Of a stretch of DNA of 64,000 nt, positions 25,629 through 37,779 are shown piece by piece (position 1 is the first letter of the stretch; every line of letters starts with the position of its first letter). The position numbers and the translations under genes were made by a program. Under the pieces are notes generated by a model that did no database searches, was not told the origin of the DNA, and worked only from the letters and a program-made list of their open reading frames with translations. The DNA is taken from the NCBI GenBank assembly GCA_951406725.2, contig OX597828.1, positions 48,112,001 through 48,176,000 on the forward strand. The letters run 5' to 3'. This DNA is from Octopus vulgaris. Its lineage: Eukaryota.

Positions 25629-26358
25629 GACCATCAACGATATCAATGGAAACCCCTTTATATGTATCAGGTAATACAAAGAATATAACTAATTAGAAGC
25701 TGCAATATCGAAATAGGCTCCAACTGTATACAGTGGCCTTTTCATCCCTCATCTCTCCTATGCTCTTTATCAGCAACAAGCTTCCATCTCCAAATATGTC
25801 ATAAGGTTTTGTTGGTTGCAGCAGTTCAAACAGAGAAAAGCAATCAAAGGAAGTTGTCCGAGTTTGGAGGAGGAAAAAAAAAAGAAAAGAAAAAGGGAAC
25901 CCTTCAACAAAAAAAAAAAAAAGTCTCTTACCTGAGCTGCTTGCAATCCAACTCTACACTCAACCCCTAACCCCTAAAAGCATTCATTTATTCATTATTC
26001 CCCAGACCCGCTCCCTTGTTCCTGTTCCCTATTTTATATTGATTTTCCTCCCACGCTAACATTGAGAAAGGATTTTGCTTTTTTTTTTTGTTTTCCGGCT
26101 TTCTCTTTATTTTTTGTGTGTTTTTGAAAAATTGTTTTTACCAGTTAACCACTCAAACAGGGCAACGTTCTTCCAAGTGGTGAAACAAAGTTAGAACCAT
26201 GCCAAAGGAACATATTGCAATGACTGTTAAAAAGAGACTGAACTCTGCAATCCATCTACTTACTCATGCAGTCCCTTAAACACATCCCTATTGCACAGAG
26301 TAAATAAGACAATAAGGGAAGAAAATATCTAGAAAGATATAGAAGCTTTTATAGGAAA

Positions 26359-26783
26359 CTAGCATTAAAGACCCGTCGTTGCCGGGTCATAGTGCTAGTG
26401 CATGTATATATGTGTACATATTACATGTACATCTATATATATACATCTACACATAAAATGCAAAATACAAAGTTATATCTTGATATCGCTAGTGATAATA
26501 ATACTCAAAATATATAACAGACTGGAATTGTTAGCTCTTCTTTTTTCTCTACATTGTATACTTTATAGACAATAGTCTTTTCTTTAATTTAATTTTTTAT
26601 TATCCATCTGGACTATTCCATTTCTGCACGCTAATTTTATTTCTAATTTATTCCCATTCATGTGAAACCACTTACTCAAGTCTATGTTAGTACATCTTCC
26701 AAAAATTACCATATTTTAACATGTATAAAGAACCCTTTTTTTGTCAAAAATTAGGTTAAAAAAATATGGGAATTTATAATAGA
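26359..26783 (-). mobile_element. non-autonomous Helitron-like element
   Basis: Minus strand: A|TCTATTATAAA...GACCCGGCAACGACGGGTC (hairpin) TTTAATG CTAG|T, i.e. TC start, subterminal hairpin, CTAG end and AT target site. Confidence 0.6.
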
Positions 26784-27127
26784 TAGTATTATAATCCCTT
26801 ACAAAACCATTTTTTCCAAATTTTAAGACTCCCAAATAAGGGGATCCTTATACATGTTAAAATATGGTAACATAATAACGACAAAGTTATTTCACTAAAG
26901 TTTTCCTTATTTTCAAAATTAAATGACACAAAGGCAGTGCATTTCAAGAGAAATAGTGTAACAAATGGATTAAGGTAAATTTGTCTGTTATTTCTAACAG
27001 GTTGAGGACTGCACAGAAGCTTCTTCACAAGCACATGAGACAAGAAATGAATGATGGACTACAAAAGTATTTGGAAAATTATAAGTGAATCACTTTTCAA
27101 AAAATACAGAAATCACAAGATATTTAC

Positions 27128-28599
27128 CTGATGGGGTGGTCGCCACAAGCCTTTGGTCTTTCCATCATTGAAACCCATTTTTCATCGTAGCTAAAGAGAG
27201 CCAAGTCGAGGTAGGGACTACTGCTGAACGACTGAGCACTGATTGGTAGTTGAGCCAGAAGACGTTTCACAGCTTCTGTGTGTCCACCAAACTTAGCATT
27301 GATTATAGTCTGTTTGAACCGATGTTGCATCTGTCGAGCATAGATGTTACTTGACGCTGAGCACGTGAACTGCATATCACTGTGCAGCATGGCATTGCGA
27401 AAGACATCACAGAAATTTTCAAAAAGTTCTAGGAGGTTTTCAGAAGTATTCTCATAGACGGCTAAAACTTCAGTAGTGATCATGTTATAGACAACAAAAA
27501 AGGATGGTTGTGAATTGGGGTCTGAGACACGCAAAGTGACCACCTCTTCACTTGCATATTTAATGAGTAGATGTTCGCTATCAATTAATTGCATCTTCCA
27601 CATTCGTAAACTTTTAAACTGATCAAAATATTGATAAAACTTACGCAATTCATATATAGAGTCCATACGTTTGGCACGTTCATAGAGGAAAACTAGAAGA
27701 CGGTGCTTGAGGGAGTTGATGGTGGTTTCCGTCATGGGCCGGATTTGGTGCACCTGAGTTTTTGAATCTAAACCTAGATGAAGTATACTTTCATCATCGT
27801 CGAAACAAAACCGACCTATACTACGGACATCAACAAAATGACCATCTTTAGTAATCTGGAAGATATGAATGGTTTGGTGTTGGACAGAGAGTACAGCAAG
27901 GGTATTCTTATACAAATAGAGTCCTTGGTTGTGCGAGAGGAAAATTTTATCACATTTAAATTGGCGAGTATCACACAAAAGACCAGTCTCCAGTTCCACA
28001 ATGTGTAAGCAATAGTCCTCGAGTGGACAACGAGGATTCGGTGGCACAGATTCATTGTTTCTGTAGACATCGAAAAAAAATGGGTAAGGGTCTTCTGGAA
28101 CAAAAATTGCTGAACCGACTATTACATACTTACCATCGTCAGTAAACAGGCTACACTCTCGGTTTAAATGTTCTCCATTAGTAGCCACTACAGTTACTTG
28201 TTTTTGCGTGAAGAAACGTTCAAAGAGTTTGCTATGAAGATAATGTAACCGATTGTCATAAACTGACGGAGTGTGGTCACCATTGAAATGCCTCAAAAGG
28301 TCAGCAGCAGCTGCTGGACCATTGAATTCATAAATTTCTAGAGATGTCTGTGTGGCAGAGAAAGCAATGAAATAATGACCATCAGGAGAGAATTTTCTCA
28401 GAAAACATGGGGGTTTTTCCACATTGACAATGGTGAAATTGGGGAAGACATTGGTGTAGAACATACGAGACTGATTGAACTGGACTCCTGGACGACCAAA
28501 GTTAATCTGCCGGTCAAAGACACGGTGTACGATGCTTTGGTTGGGTATCTTCCTTGGCTTGATTTCATCTGCATCATTGTCCCTGGGTGTGTCAAACAT
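27128..28599 (-). CDS. DET1: DET1 homolog (de-etiolated 1; COP1/DDB1-CUL4 E3 ligase adaptor), first coding exon, about aa 1-491; C-terminal exon not found in window
   Basis: 491-aa ORF with DET1 signature segments ([68 protein letters not shown]-type segment here [45 protein letters not shown]). Ends at phase-2 donor ATCAG|GTAAAT (27128/27127); the ORF's TAA lies inside the donor. Confidence 0.96.
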
Positions 28600-28728
28600 A
28601 GTGCTAACACTGAGAGAATCACCTTCAGATTACAGGGAGTCTATACAAACAAACTGTCTTTAAACTGAATACCATTGTTACGGGTTGAAGCTCACAACAT
28701 CACACTTCAGTTCATTTCAATTGAAGTT
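28600..28728 (-). other. DET1: DET1 5' UTR portion of the exon, preceded by a splice acceptor
   Basis: Minus strand reads ctaattttgtgtattttatttgttgcag|aacttc: branch-like CTAAT, T-rich tract, AG at 28730-28729. ATG at 28599. Confidence 0.7.
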
Positions 28729-28788
28729 CTGCAACAAATAAAATACACAAAATTAGTCAAGCAGATAAAATATCAGAACAATATATAT

Positions 28789-28843
<55 letters not shown>

Positions 28844-29038
28844 CACACACACCTGTTTCCATGTTTTTACAGAACGTTGAATAACACTGCTTGAATGACA
28901 GTAATACTCATTTACAGGTGCCATGAAATGTGAAGACAAGGAGACATGAACACAAATATGATGAGCTTCTTCCAATTTTCATCTATCTAATACACTTACA
29001 GGGCTTTGGCCAGCCTGGGGTTATAATAGAAGACACTT

Positions 29039-29143
29039 TATTTACATTTGACGGATATATGTGCTCATCTTGTTTGTCGCCAGCCTTCATCAGGTGTCCT
29101 GGGAGAATTTTGAACCTGGGTTCTCATTCCTAATATTTTCCAA

Positions 29144-29175
<32 letters not shown>

Positions 29176-29177
29176 TG
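29039..29177. mobile_element. short retro-insertion (probable Penelope-like fragment) with 12-bp TSD inside an old family A SINE
   Basis: TAGAAGACACTT at 29027-29038 and 29178-29189; (ATT)n end; minus strand carries CACCTGATGAAGGCTGG. Confidence 0.6.
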
Positions 29178-30894
29178 TAGAAGACACTTGCCTAAAATGC
29201 CATACAGTGGGACTGAACTCAAAATTGCATGGCCGGGAAGCAAACTTCTTAATGACACAGCTGAGAGAGGGTACTTGCCCTTGGTGATCAGAATAATCTT
29301 GGAGCAGTAGAGTTCTTTAATTGGTACTATGTGGCTGTTGCTTAAATTGTTAATTTCTATTTCATGTAAACCTTCTTTGCTCTGTATTGTATTGCCCTCT
29401 GTGTTTTGTGTCCTTGAGCTAATAAAGATTATTTTTATTTTCTAGCTCTTTATGTTCTGAGTTTAAATCTTAGAGGTCAACTTTGCCTTTCAACCCTTCA
29501 GGTCAATAAAATAAAATACCCGTCAAGTACTGGAGTTGATGGTATCAACTTATTCCCCCTCCCCTCAAAACTACTGGTAAATATACTACGCAGCATTTCT
29601 TCTGGATCTTTATATTCCGAGTTCAAATTCTGCTGGGGGCTACTTTGTCTTTCGTCTTTCCAGGTTTGATAAGATAAAGTACCAGTCAAACACTGGTGTC
29701 AGTGTAAACCCCTCCCAATAAAAAATTGCTGTCCTTGTGCCAAAAGTGGAAACAACTATTATTGTACTTATTTAGGGTAGTAGATTGGTAGAATTCATAG
29801 AGAAAGAAAATTTCTTTGCAGCATTTGGTTATGCCTCACTACATTCTGAGTTCAAATCATGTTGAGGTAAACATCATCTTTCAGGGGTCTATAAAATACA
29901 GCACTAGTTAATTAATCAACTGTTTCCTCCACCATACATGCACACACACAAACAAATTTGAGGATTTGTGTCAATGATAGAAATCATTAATATTGCTGAG
30001 TAGCCAAAACACAACAGCTGTACATATATTACTGCAACATCTGCACATGTCTGCTATTTAGACAATGCACATTACCTTTTCCATCTGTGGCCAATTCTAT
30101 TTGTGTTAGTATCTAAAGTTTCATGCCAATCTCAAAAGCTTCAAAATCACATGGTGGACTAGCAATCCACATCTAAACCACAAATGCAACCACTGTGCAC
30201 AATTATTCAGACCAGACCATAATATGCACAGTTTATCTGCACAGTTATTGGAACTACCATATATTCAGAACTTAATTAATTAGAGACATCGTTATATATT
30301 AAAGGTCTTGTATTCAGTAGATAGTTTTAATGTTAATTATTATGTTTGGCAGAAGTCATCATCAACATCATAGGAAACAGTGCGAATCTCACCAATAAAC
30401 TAATTTATAATGAGAAAATTTCCCCTAAAGATGACAGCTTTCTACCCACCCACTTCTGCTTAAAAGGATAAAGAAATGCAAAAATAAATAAATGAATATT
30501 AAATAAATAAAAATTAAGATAAATAAATGAATAAATAAGTCACAAGGTTTCTAATTCAGCCAGAAGTATTATGTTCTGTTCTCAAACTGGGAATATATTA
30601 AGAGCTTTTGCTCTGCACCCCATGCAACAGCTGCCACTTCACAATTGAATAAGGAGTGAGAGTAGGAAAGAGAAAATAGGTCAGCAGTGTCTTGTAAATG
30701 TTAAGCAAATTTCAAACTGCCCAAACAACAACAACAACAACAACAACAGAACACACCTTTACATGATAATGAAGAGAGAAAGAGTGCAGACAACTGAATA
30801 TTTAACACCAGTCACGGTTCAAGAGTTTTGACAATCGCAATAGAAATGTGTGTGTGTGTGTGTGTGTGTGTGCACACTGTACAAAAATCACCAG

Positions 30895-31120
30895 TTCATA
30901 GCTGCTTTTCCATGCTTGCATGAATTGGATGGGTCTTTTCCAACACAGTAACTGACCATTTGACAAAGCCAACCTCTTGAGATCAACTTTTAACATCTCT
31001 TCTAATGTCTCTTTTGGTCTTCCTCCACCACAAGTGCTTTCCAACTGGATTATTTGGCATGTCTTAACCCAACAATTATCCTTCCTTTGCAGCCTATATC
31101 TATGCCAGCTCAATCCACTC
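30895..31120 (-). mobile_element. RTE-clade LINE 3' end remnant
   Basis: Translates SWHRYRLQRKDNCWVKTCQIIQLESTCGGGRPKETLEEMLKVDL, similar to the RTE WxGHVxRM...GRGRPRKTW C-terminus, followed by the CATGCAAGCATGGAAAAG tail. Confidence 0.7.
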
Positions 31121-31730
31121 TCTTAAACATGACGGCTCACCCCCTTCTATAATCAGTCTTTTTCTTGCCTCTTTTGTGCTCTACTGTTAATACAAACTAA
31201 CATCACATTACTTATGGGATATCTTTACTTCATATCTTTTCCAATTTTCACAGGCATGGCTGTGTGATAAGAAGTTTACATCCTGACGACATGATTCCAG
31301 GTTCAGTCCCACTGCATGGTACCTTGGGCAAGTGCCCTCTACCATATACTCAGGTCAACCACAGCCTTGAGAGTGGATCTGGTAGATGGAAACTGAAAGA
31401 AGCTTGTTGTATGTGTGTGATTGTCCCCTATCACTACTTGATAACTGGTGTTGGTGTGTTTACACCTCCATAACTTAGCAGTGTGGCAAAGAAACTGATA
31501 GAATAATTTTCAGGGTTTAGAAAAAAACAAAAAACAAGAGTACTGAGGTTGATTAGTTTGACTAAAATTCTTCAAGGTGGTGCCTCAGTATGGCTGCAGT
31601 CTGATAACTGAAGCAAGTAAAAGAATGGAAGAAATATTCTTTGTATTCGATGCCCATATTTCAACTTCATGCAACATTGTACTTAATACCCAAGCATCAG
31701 ACACTGTATGTGTGTGTGTGTGTGTGTGTA

Positions 31731-31765
<35 letters not shown>

Positions 31766-32566
31766 ATGTGTGTGTATGCATGCACATACATAATGAACCA
31801 TATACTCTACAACAGGTATTGAGTACTCCTTCGTGCATTCATGAATGAATGAACAAAGGAGTACTCAATACATGTTGTGTTCTATTGAGCTTTGTAACTT
31901 AACAGTTCAACAAACAGAAGCTGATAATATACATGACAGACTGAAATACTAGAGTTACTATGAACATCTAGACTCTGGAAGGCAGTACTCCAGTCTGGCC
32001 ACAACTCTTAATGATTGAAACCATTAAAAGAAGAGCACACACACACACACAATCATTTTTTAATATACACAAGTGAATAACATATATATATATATATATG
32101 AGTGGGTGTCTTTTCTTTCTCGCTTTTATTGCCCATCCTTATTCATTTTCTGTTTAACTGGTGAGCTTCTATCTCAGCCAAGTTATAATGCAGTATCACA
32201 GTACCACCAAACCACTGTCAGGATATGAAAATATATGTTTTTATTTAGGTGGCAGGTATTTTGGGTGGGGCAAAATCTGCTGGATTGCTAGGCAAGAGTC
32301 ATGAAAATGTATATAAATTTATTCACACACAACTAGCAACACATTTTCCCACTCAATGAATATGCATACATACATACAAACATGACTACATGTAACCATA
32401 CAAACATGACTATATACATACATGTAGCTTGTAACAATACATAAACATAACCAACCACATGGTTAATGTAAAGTTAGTCGTAGAAAATGCTAAGGTCTGT
32501 CCTCCTAAGTACAAAGTGAAAGTGTATCATCCAGTGCAGACCGCATTTTTCTGATAATGTCTTTAA

Positions 32567-32787
32567 CCCTTTAGCATTTAAACCGGTCATATCCGACCAA
32601 AAGTATTCTGCTTGTTTTATGTTCAAACTGGCCAGATCTGGTCTCTCACACCAACCCTACAATATCGTTTTAAAAATTAACAGCTACCTCATCAAAATCT
32701 CATAGCTACAAGATAATGCATGATTAGTTCAAAGCAATGTGGATAAAAAAGCATTAATTTTAGCAGAATAATGTGAACACTAAAGGG
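32567..32787. mobile_element. piggyBac-like MITE, intact 221-bp copy
   Basis: TTAA|CCCTTTAGCATT...AACACTAAAGGG|TTAA. Confidence 0.88.
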
Positions 32788-33469
32788 TTAAGTAGGGCTG
32801 TGTGGTTTTAAGAAGTCTTTTTGTAACCATGGTGTTTTGGTGTTGATCACACTGAGCGACACCATGGGCAATTATCTCCTACCACAGGTGGAAATGGTAT
32901 AGAAGTCTGCCTAAAGAGCTGATCCTATTCTTGGCTGGTAGATATAATTTGTCTCCTCGTTTAACGTTACCACCTGGCCCATGGTTGCCATCAGCAGATT
33001 TCATTCTGTTGTGGGCATTTGGGCCAGGTCTCGGGTCTGAGAATAGCTTCTTTCATTCCTCCCAACAATTTTGGAGGCCATGAAAATGTCATGGACACTC
33101 ACACATGCACCACCATCATTTAACATTCGTTTGAGCTGGCAAGATAGAGAGCTGCACAATGCTCCAATTGTCTGTTTTGGCATGGTTTCTACAGCTGAAT
33201 GCCCTGCTTAATGCCAACCACTTTACAGGTTGTACTGGGTGCTTTTTATGTGGCACCTGCACAGAAAAAAAGTTGAGGTGCTAGGTATGAGCAATACTGT
33301 CAGTGTCTATCATAGCCTCTTGTAGTTAAGAGTGGTGTCACTGTCTGACTGGGTAACGAGTGCATTTTGGGAGTGGATCCATTCACTTGAGTCATGTCTA
33401 TCACATTTTCACAAAGAAATTTCTTTTTTCCTCCCACCTAACTGATTCAGTCATCCACAAATAACTACT

Positions 33470-34650
33470 TTTAATATTGGTATAAAGCCAAAAATTTTTA
33501 TGAGAGGGGAGGAGTTAAGTTGAATAAATTAACTTCAGTATTTGACTGGTATCTTATTTTATCAACCCTCCCAAAAGACAAAATGCAGAATAGATACTGG
33601 TGGGATTTGAACTCAGAATGTAATGTGCTTGAACAAATGCCTCAAAGCATTTTGTCTGATGCTCGAATGATTCTGTCACCTTGTCATCTTAACAAAACAA
33701 AGTCAAGAGAAATTGTCACCAAGCATTTTTTTTTGGCATGCTAACAATTCTGCCAGCTCACTGCAATAAAAATAACAATAATAATAATAATAATAATAAT
33801 AATAATCCTTTCTACTAAAGCCACAACACCTGAAATTTGGGGGAGCTGGATAGTCAATTACATCGACCCCAGTGTCTCACTGGTACTTAATTTATTGACC
33901 CCCAAAAGAATGAAGGACAAAGTCGACCTCAGTGGAATTTGAATCAGAAAGTATAAACAGACAAAAATGTTAATAAGTATTTTGCCCAGCATGCTAACGA
34001 TTCTGCCAGCTCAGTCGTTTTTACTGAAAGCACGAAGCCTGAAATTTGGTGGGGAGGGAAAGTTGGATACATCGATTCCAGGACTCAACTGGTACTTATT
34101 TTATCAACCCCGAAAGTAGGAAAAGCAAAGCCGACCCTGGCGGAATTTAAATTCAGAACATGAAAACAGATGAAATGCTGCCAAGCATTTTGCCCAGCAT
34201 ACTAACAATTCTTGCTGCCCTTTTTATTTTTTAACAGCAAGTCCTGAAACTTTTGAGGGAAAAGGTAAGTCAGTTATGTTGGCCCCAGTACTTAACTAGG
34301 TAATTAATTTATTGACCCTGAAAAGATGAAAGGCAAAGTGGACCTCAGTGGAATTTGAACTCAGAACGTAAAGATGGATGATGAGCTGCTGAGGATTTTG
34401 TCCAGTGTATTAACAATTCTGCTAGCTCACTGCCATGATGATGATGATGATAATGATAACAAGTTTCAAATTTTGGCACAAGGCCTGCAACTTTAGGGGA
34501 AGGGATAAGTGGATTAAAATGACCCCAGTACTCAGCTAGTACTTATTTATTCAACTCTAAAAAGATGAAAGACAATGTTGACCTTGATGGAATTTGAACT
34601 CAGAACCTCTAGCTGATGACATGCCACTAAGCTGTTTTTTCTGGTGCCTT
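33470..34650 (-). mobile_element. head-to-tail array of about 5 Meta-domain SINEs
   Basis: Repeated cores separated by (AAT)n/(GAT)n. Confidence 0.8.
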
Positions 34651-35285
34651 AACAACAACAATAACTATAATGGTAACATACTTGAAAAATCTTTAAGATA
34701 TTGAACTTACCAGATATAATTACTTCTATAAGAATAAACTAAGTAAAAAGACCAAAAAAAAACCAACAAAAAGTTTAGAACAACAACAAACTTCTTCCTT
34801 GATATCATGGCTTCCTAATGACAGGAAACTAAGAAGCACTAGCACCTCAACAACAATAGCAACATCATTCTAGGGGAAAATTTGTTAAACTAATTAAATA
34901 TTGCACTGTTTCTATCAGAGGATGTGAGGAAATCATTGGCAGAGTGGAGCCCAAGAAATTAATATAGATTGCTATCTTCAATCAATAGCATAAAAATAAA
35001 TGCTTGTATATACATACATGTATATATATATATATTTTTTTTTGCTAGTTTATTTTGTCTCTTTGTCTTCTCTCCTGGTGTTATATGAACATTTAATGTG
35101 GTTTTAGAGTCAGGTTTTGGCTGCTATTTCCAGCGTGGTGGTATCTCTTAGATACCCTAAATTACAATTTTAATAATAATTATTACCGTTGAAGGATTTT
35201 ATTCCCATGCTGGCCACCTGATAAGATCGGTATTTAAATAACGATCTTATCCTTATTTATTTATATATATATATATATATACACA

Positions 35286-35496
35286 CCGGAGTAAACACAT
35301 AAATGTGAAACAAGGTGGAAAAAAGAGTACTCAAATACCAGTGGTAGAGTAATATGCTTCATTTAAAGCAAACCTGTTACTCTGAGTTTCCCGTTGCTGT
35401 TCATCGGACAGTTTTTGCTAGCAAAAACTGTCCGATGAACGGCAACGGGAAACTCAGAGTAACAGGTTTGTTGAATTTTCTGCTGCTTTAAATAAA

Positions 35497-35497
<1 letters not shown>
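35286..35497. mobile_element. Penelope-like inverted-repeat remnant containing a 102-bp palindrome (35369-35470)
   Basis: Palindrome centred on GCTAGC with 1 mismatch; embedded in (TA)n; carries hammerhead-like motifs. Confidence 0.65.
35428..35465 (+). ncRNA. minimal type I hammerhead-ribozyme-like motif (a mirror copy lies on the minus strand at 35374-35411)
   Basis: CTGT-CCGATGA-ACG GCAA CGG-GAAA-CTC A GAG-TA^ACAG: stem I CUGU/ACAG, core CCGAUGA (U4C), GCAA-capped stem II, GAAA, self-complementary stem III, GUA cleavage triplet. Confidence 0.65.
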
Positions 35498-35539
<42 letters not shown>

Positions 35540-35609
35540 TATGTAGATATTTGAATACATACAAATATAAATTCAGATATGCACTGATATATATGTGTGT
35601 GTGTGTATA

Positions 35610-35676
<67 letters not shown>

Positions 35677-35716
35677 CGGCGATTATAATTAATTTTATTG
35701 TATATCATCTATCTTT

Positions 35717-35770
<54 letters not shown>

Positions 35771-36675
35771 ATATACAGAGAGAGAGAGAGCGCAGAACAC
35801 AGTGTGTGTGTATATATATACATAAATACATACACTTGTGTGCGTACACACACACACAAATGTAAGCACAGTGTCTCCGATGGCCCAATTAGATAATATT
35901 TGGAATTCATAAGCATTAAATTCTTTTCTTCGCCTTGTCAATACAATCTAGACTACTACACAGCAATACAGTGTAAGGGCAAAGTCTGCAGTAAAGTTTC
36001 ACACACAGTGGGCACGATCCAGCTGGCTGTTACTGGACCCATATGAGGAGAGAGAGAGAGAGAGAAAGGAAGGAAGAGAGTAGGGAGATGACATAGTACA
36101 GCTAAGGAAACACCACTGTAATCCATTAACTTCAATATTGGGAGGAAGCCCTGTTCCAACCTACACATCGATATAGTGTATGACCATAAGTTGCCAAAGA
36201 TCCATAAACATCACAGTACTAGACATTGTGTCGGTCTCCCTCATTCATGAAAACTATGAGCACAACTTCCAGAACAAATCAACGAAAAAAAAAAAAAGTT
36301 TAATACAATGTGTTTGGCTGGAAGAGAATTTTACCAAGCAGTTGTTTGAAAGTAATGAATTAGTTGAGGACACAATTTATTTTATTTATATGCTGGGATG
36401 AAGGGGGGGGGGGGGGCTTTACTTCAGAAAGAATTTTGGAAAGATTCAAAGAATAAAATCAGCAACAGGAAATTACTTATTGACAAATGAAATCAACTGT
36501 AATTTCAGAATCTATTGTGAACTGTCCTGTTAGTCTTGTTGCCACAATGTCGAATCCCCGAAACTGCCACTCCATTGGTTATGATGAGACGAGGATTCCA
36601 ACTGATTTGATTAACGGAACAGCTTGCTCATGAAATTAACGTGCAAGTGTCTGAGCACTCCACAGACATGCATAC

Positions 36676-36901
36676 CTATTTCTTTATTACCCACAAGGGG
36701 CTAAACACAGAGGGGACAAACAAGGACAGACATAGGTATTAAGTCGATTACATCGACCCCAGTGCGTAACTGGTACTTTATTTATCGACCCCGAAAGGAT
36801 GAAAGGCAAAGTCAACCTTGGCGGAATTTGAACTCAGAATGTAGCGGCAGACGAAATACGGCTAAGCATTTCGCCCGGCGTGCTAACGATTCTGCCAGCT
36901 C
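36676..36901 (-). mobile_element. young Meta-domain SINE nested in an older SINE
   Basis: Near-identical to 7763-7994 and 1470-1698; interrupts a family-C-like 3' region. Confidence 0.85.
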
Positions 36902-37779
36902 TTAGATTCAGTATGGTACAGAATGTGACAAGACTGGCCCTTTTGAAACACAGACACCACTTGCTTTTGCCAGCTGTGTAGGCTGGAGTAATGTGAAATA
37001 AGTGTCTTGCTCAAGGACTCAGCATGCTGCAAAGGTATTGAACTCACAGTTTTAGTCTTGAGTGGAATACCCTAACCACTTAGCCATGAGCCATCATAAC
37101 TCTTGAAAAGTGTGCTTTAGAAAGACCAAATTAAGTTTGAAATAAAATATAGAGTCCTGTACAAAGAACTGATTGAACCCTTTTACTGTGTGTGATTATC
37201 TAATTAATTTTGTTCAGTTGCTGCTAAATTAACAATAAAAGCAGTAAATTGGAGTAGGTAGCGCTAGATAACTTAATTATTTGTTTAAGTTAGTGTTATT
37301 GGATTTAATACATTGATCATTGCTAAACGAGCCTCAACAGCTAATCCAAAATGCATTGGAGTACCATCAGTAGTAATTGTGTTATTTTCATAGGAATTCG
37401 CTGAAAATAAAGGATCACTAAGGGGAAATTTCATTACCAAATAGTAGAAGGGTTTGTAACAAGGCATACAATTTAAGGCCTGTTTAAGGTTGCCACGAGC
37501 CTACTATTAGGTGGACTTGAAACTGATGACAATAGCCTCTTCATATTGATTTAAATCGCTTTCTTGCAGTGTGTACACTGTTCAAAATAGTTTGACAGCT
37601 AAAAATAATGACATCATAAAATCTATCCTGGTGTCTCTTTCCTAACTCAAATATTAACAAGCTATACATCAATCGACAGCCCATGTTTGGAGCTTCCAAA
37701 TGTGTCATGTAACATTTTTATCAGTGGTCAGTACTGATCAGTAGATGCAAAAGAACAATAAAGTATACATTTTCTTTCA

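Noticed and set aside
25962-25977. AACCCCTAACCCCTAA telomere-like repeat
   Set aside because: Only two units and not the canonical TTAGGG.
27778-28668. Plus-strand and alternate-frame ORFs overlapping DET1
   Set aside because: Shadows of the DET1 coding sequence; no independent evidence.
37285-37467. ORF containing ITTDGTP, reminiscent of the hAT transposase TTDGA motif
   Set aside because: A single short motif with no other recognisable hAT blocks; not supportable without a search.
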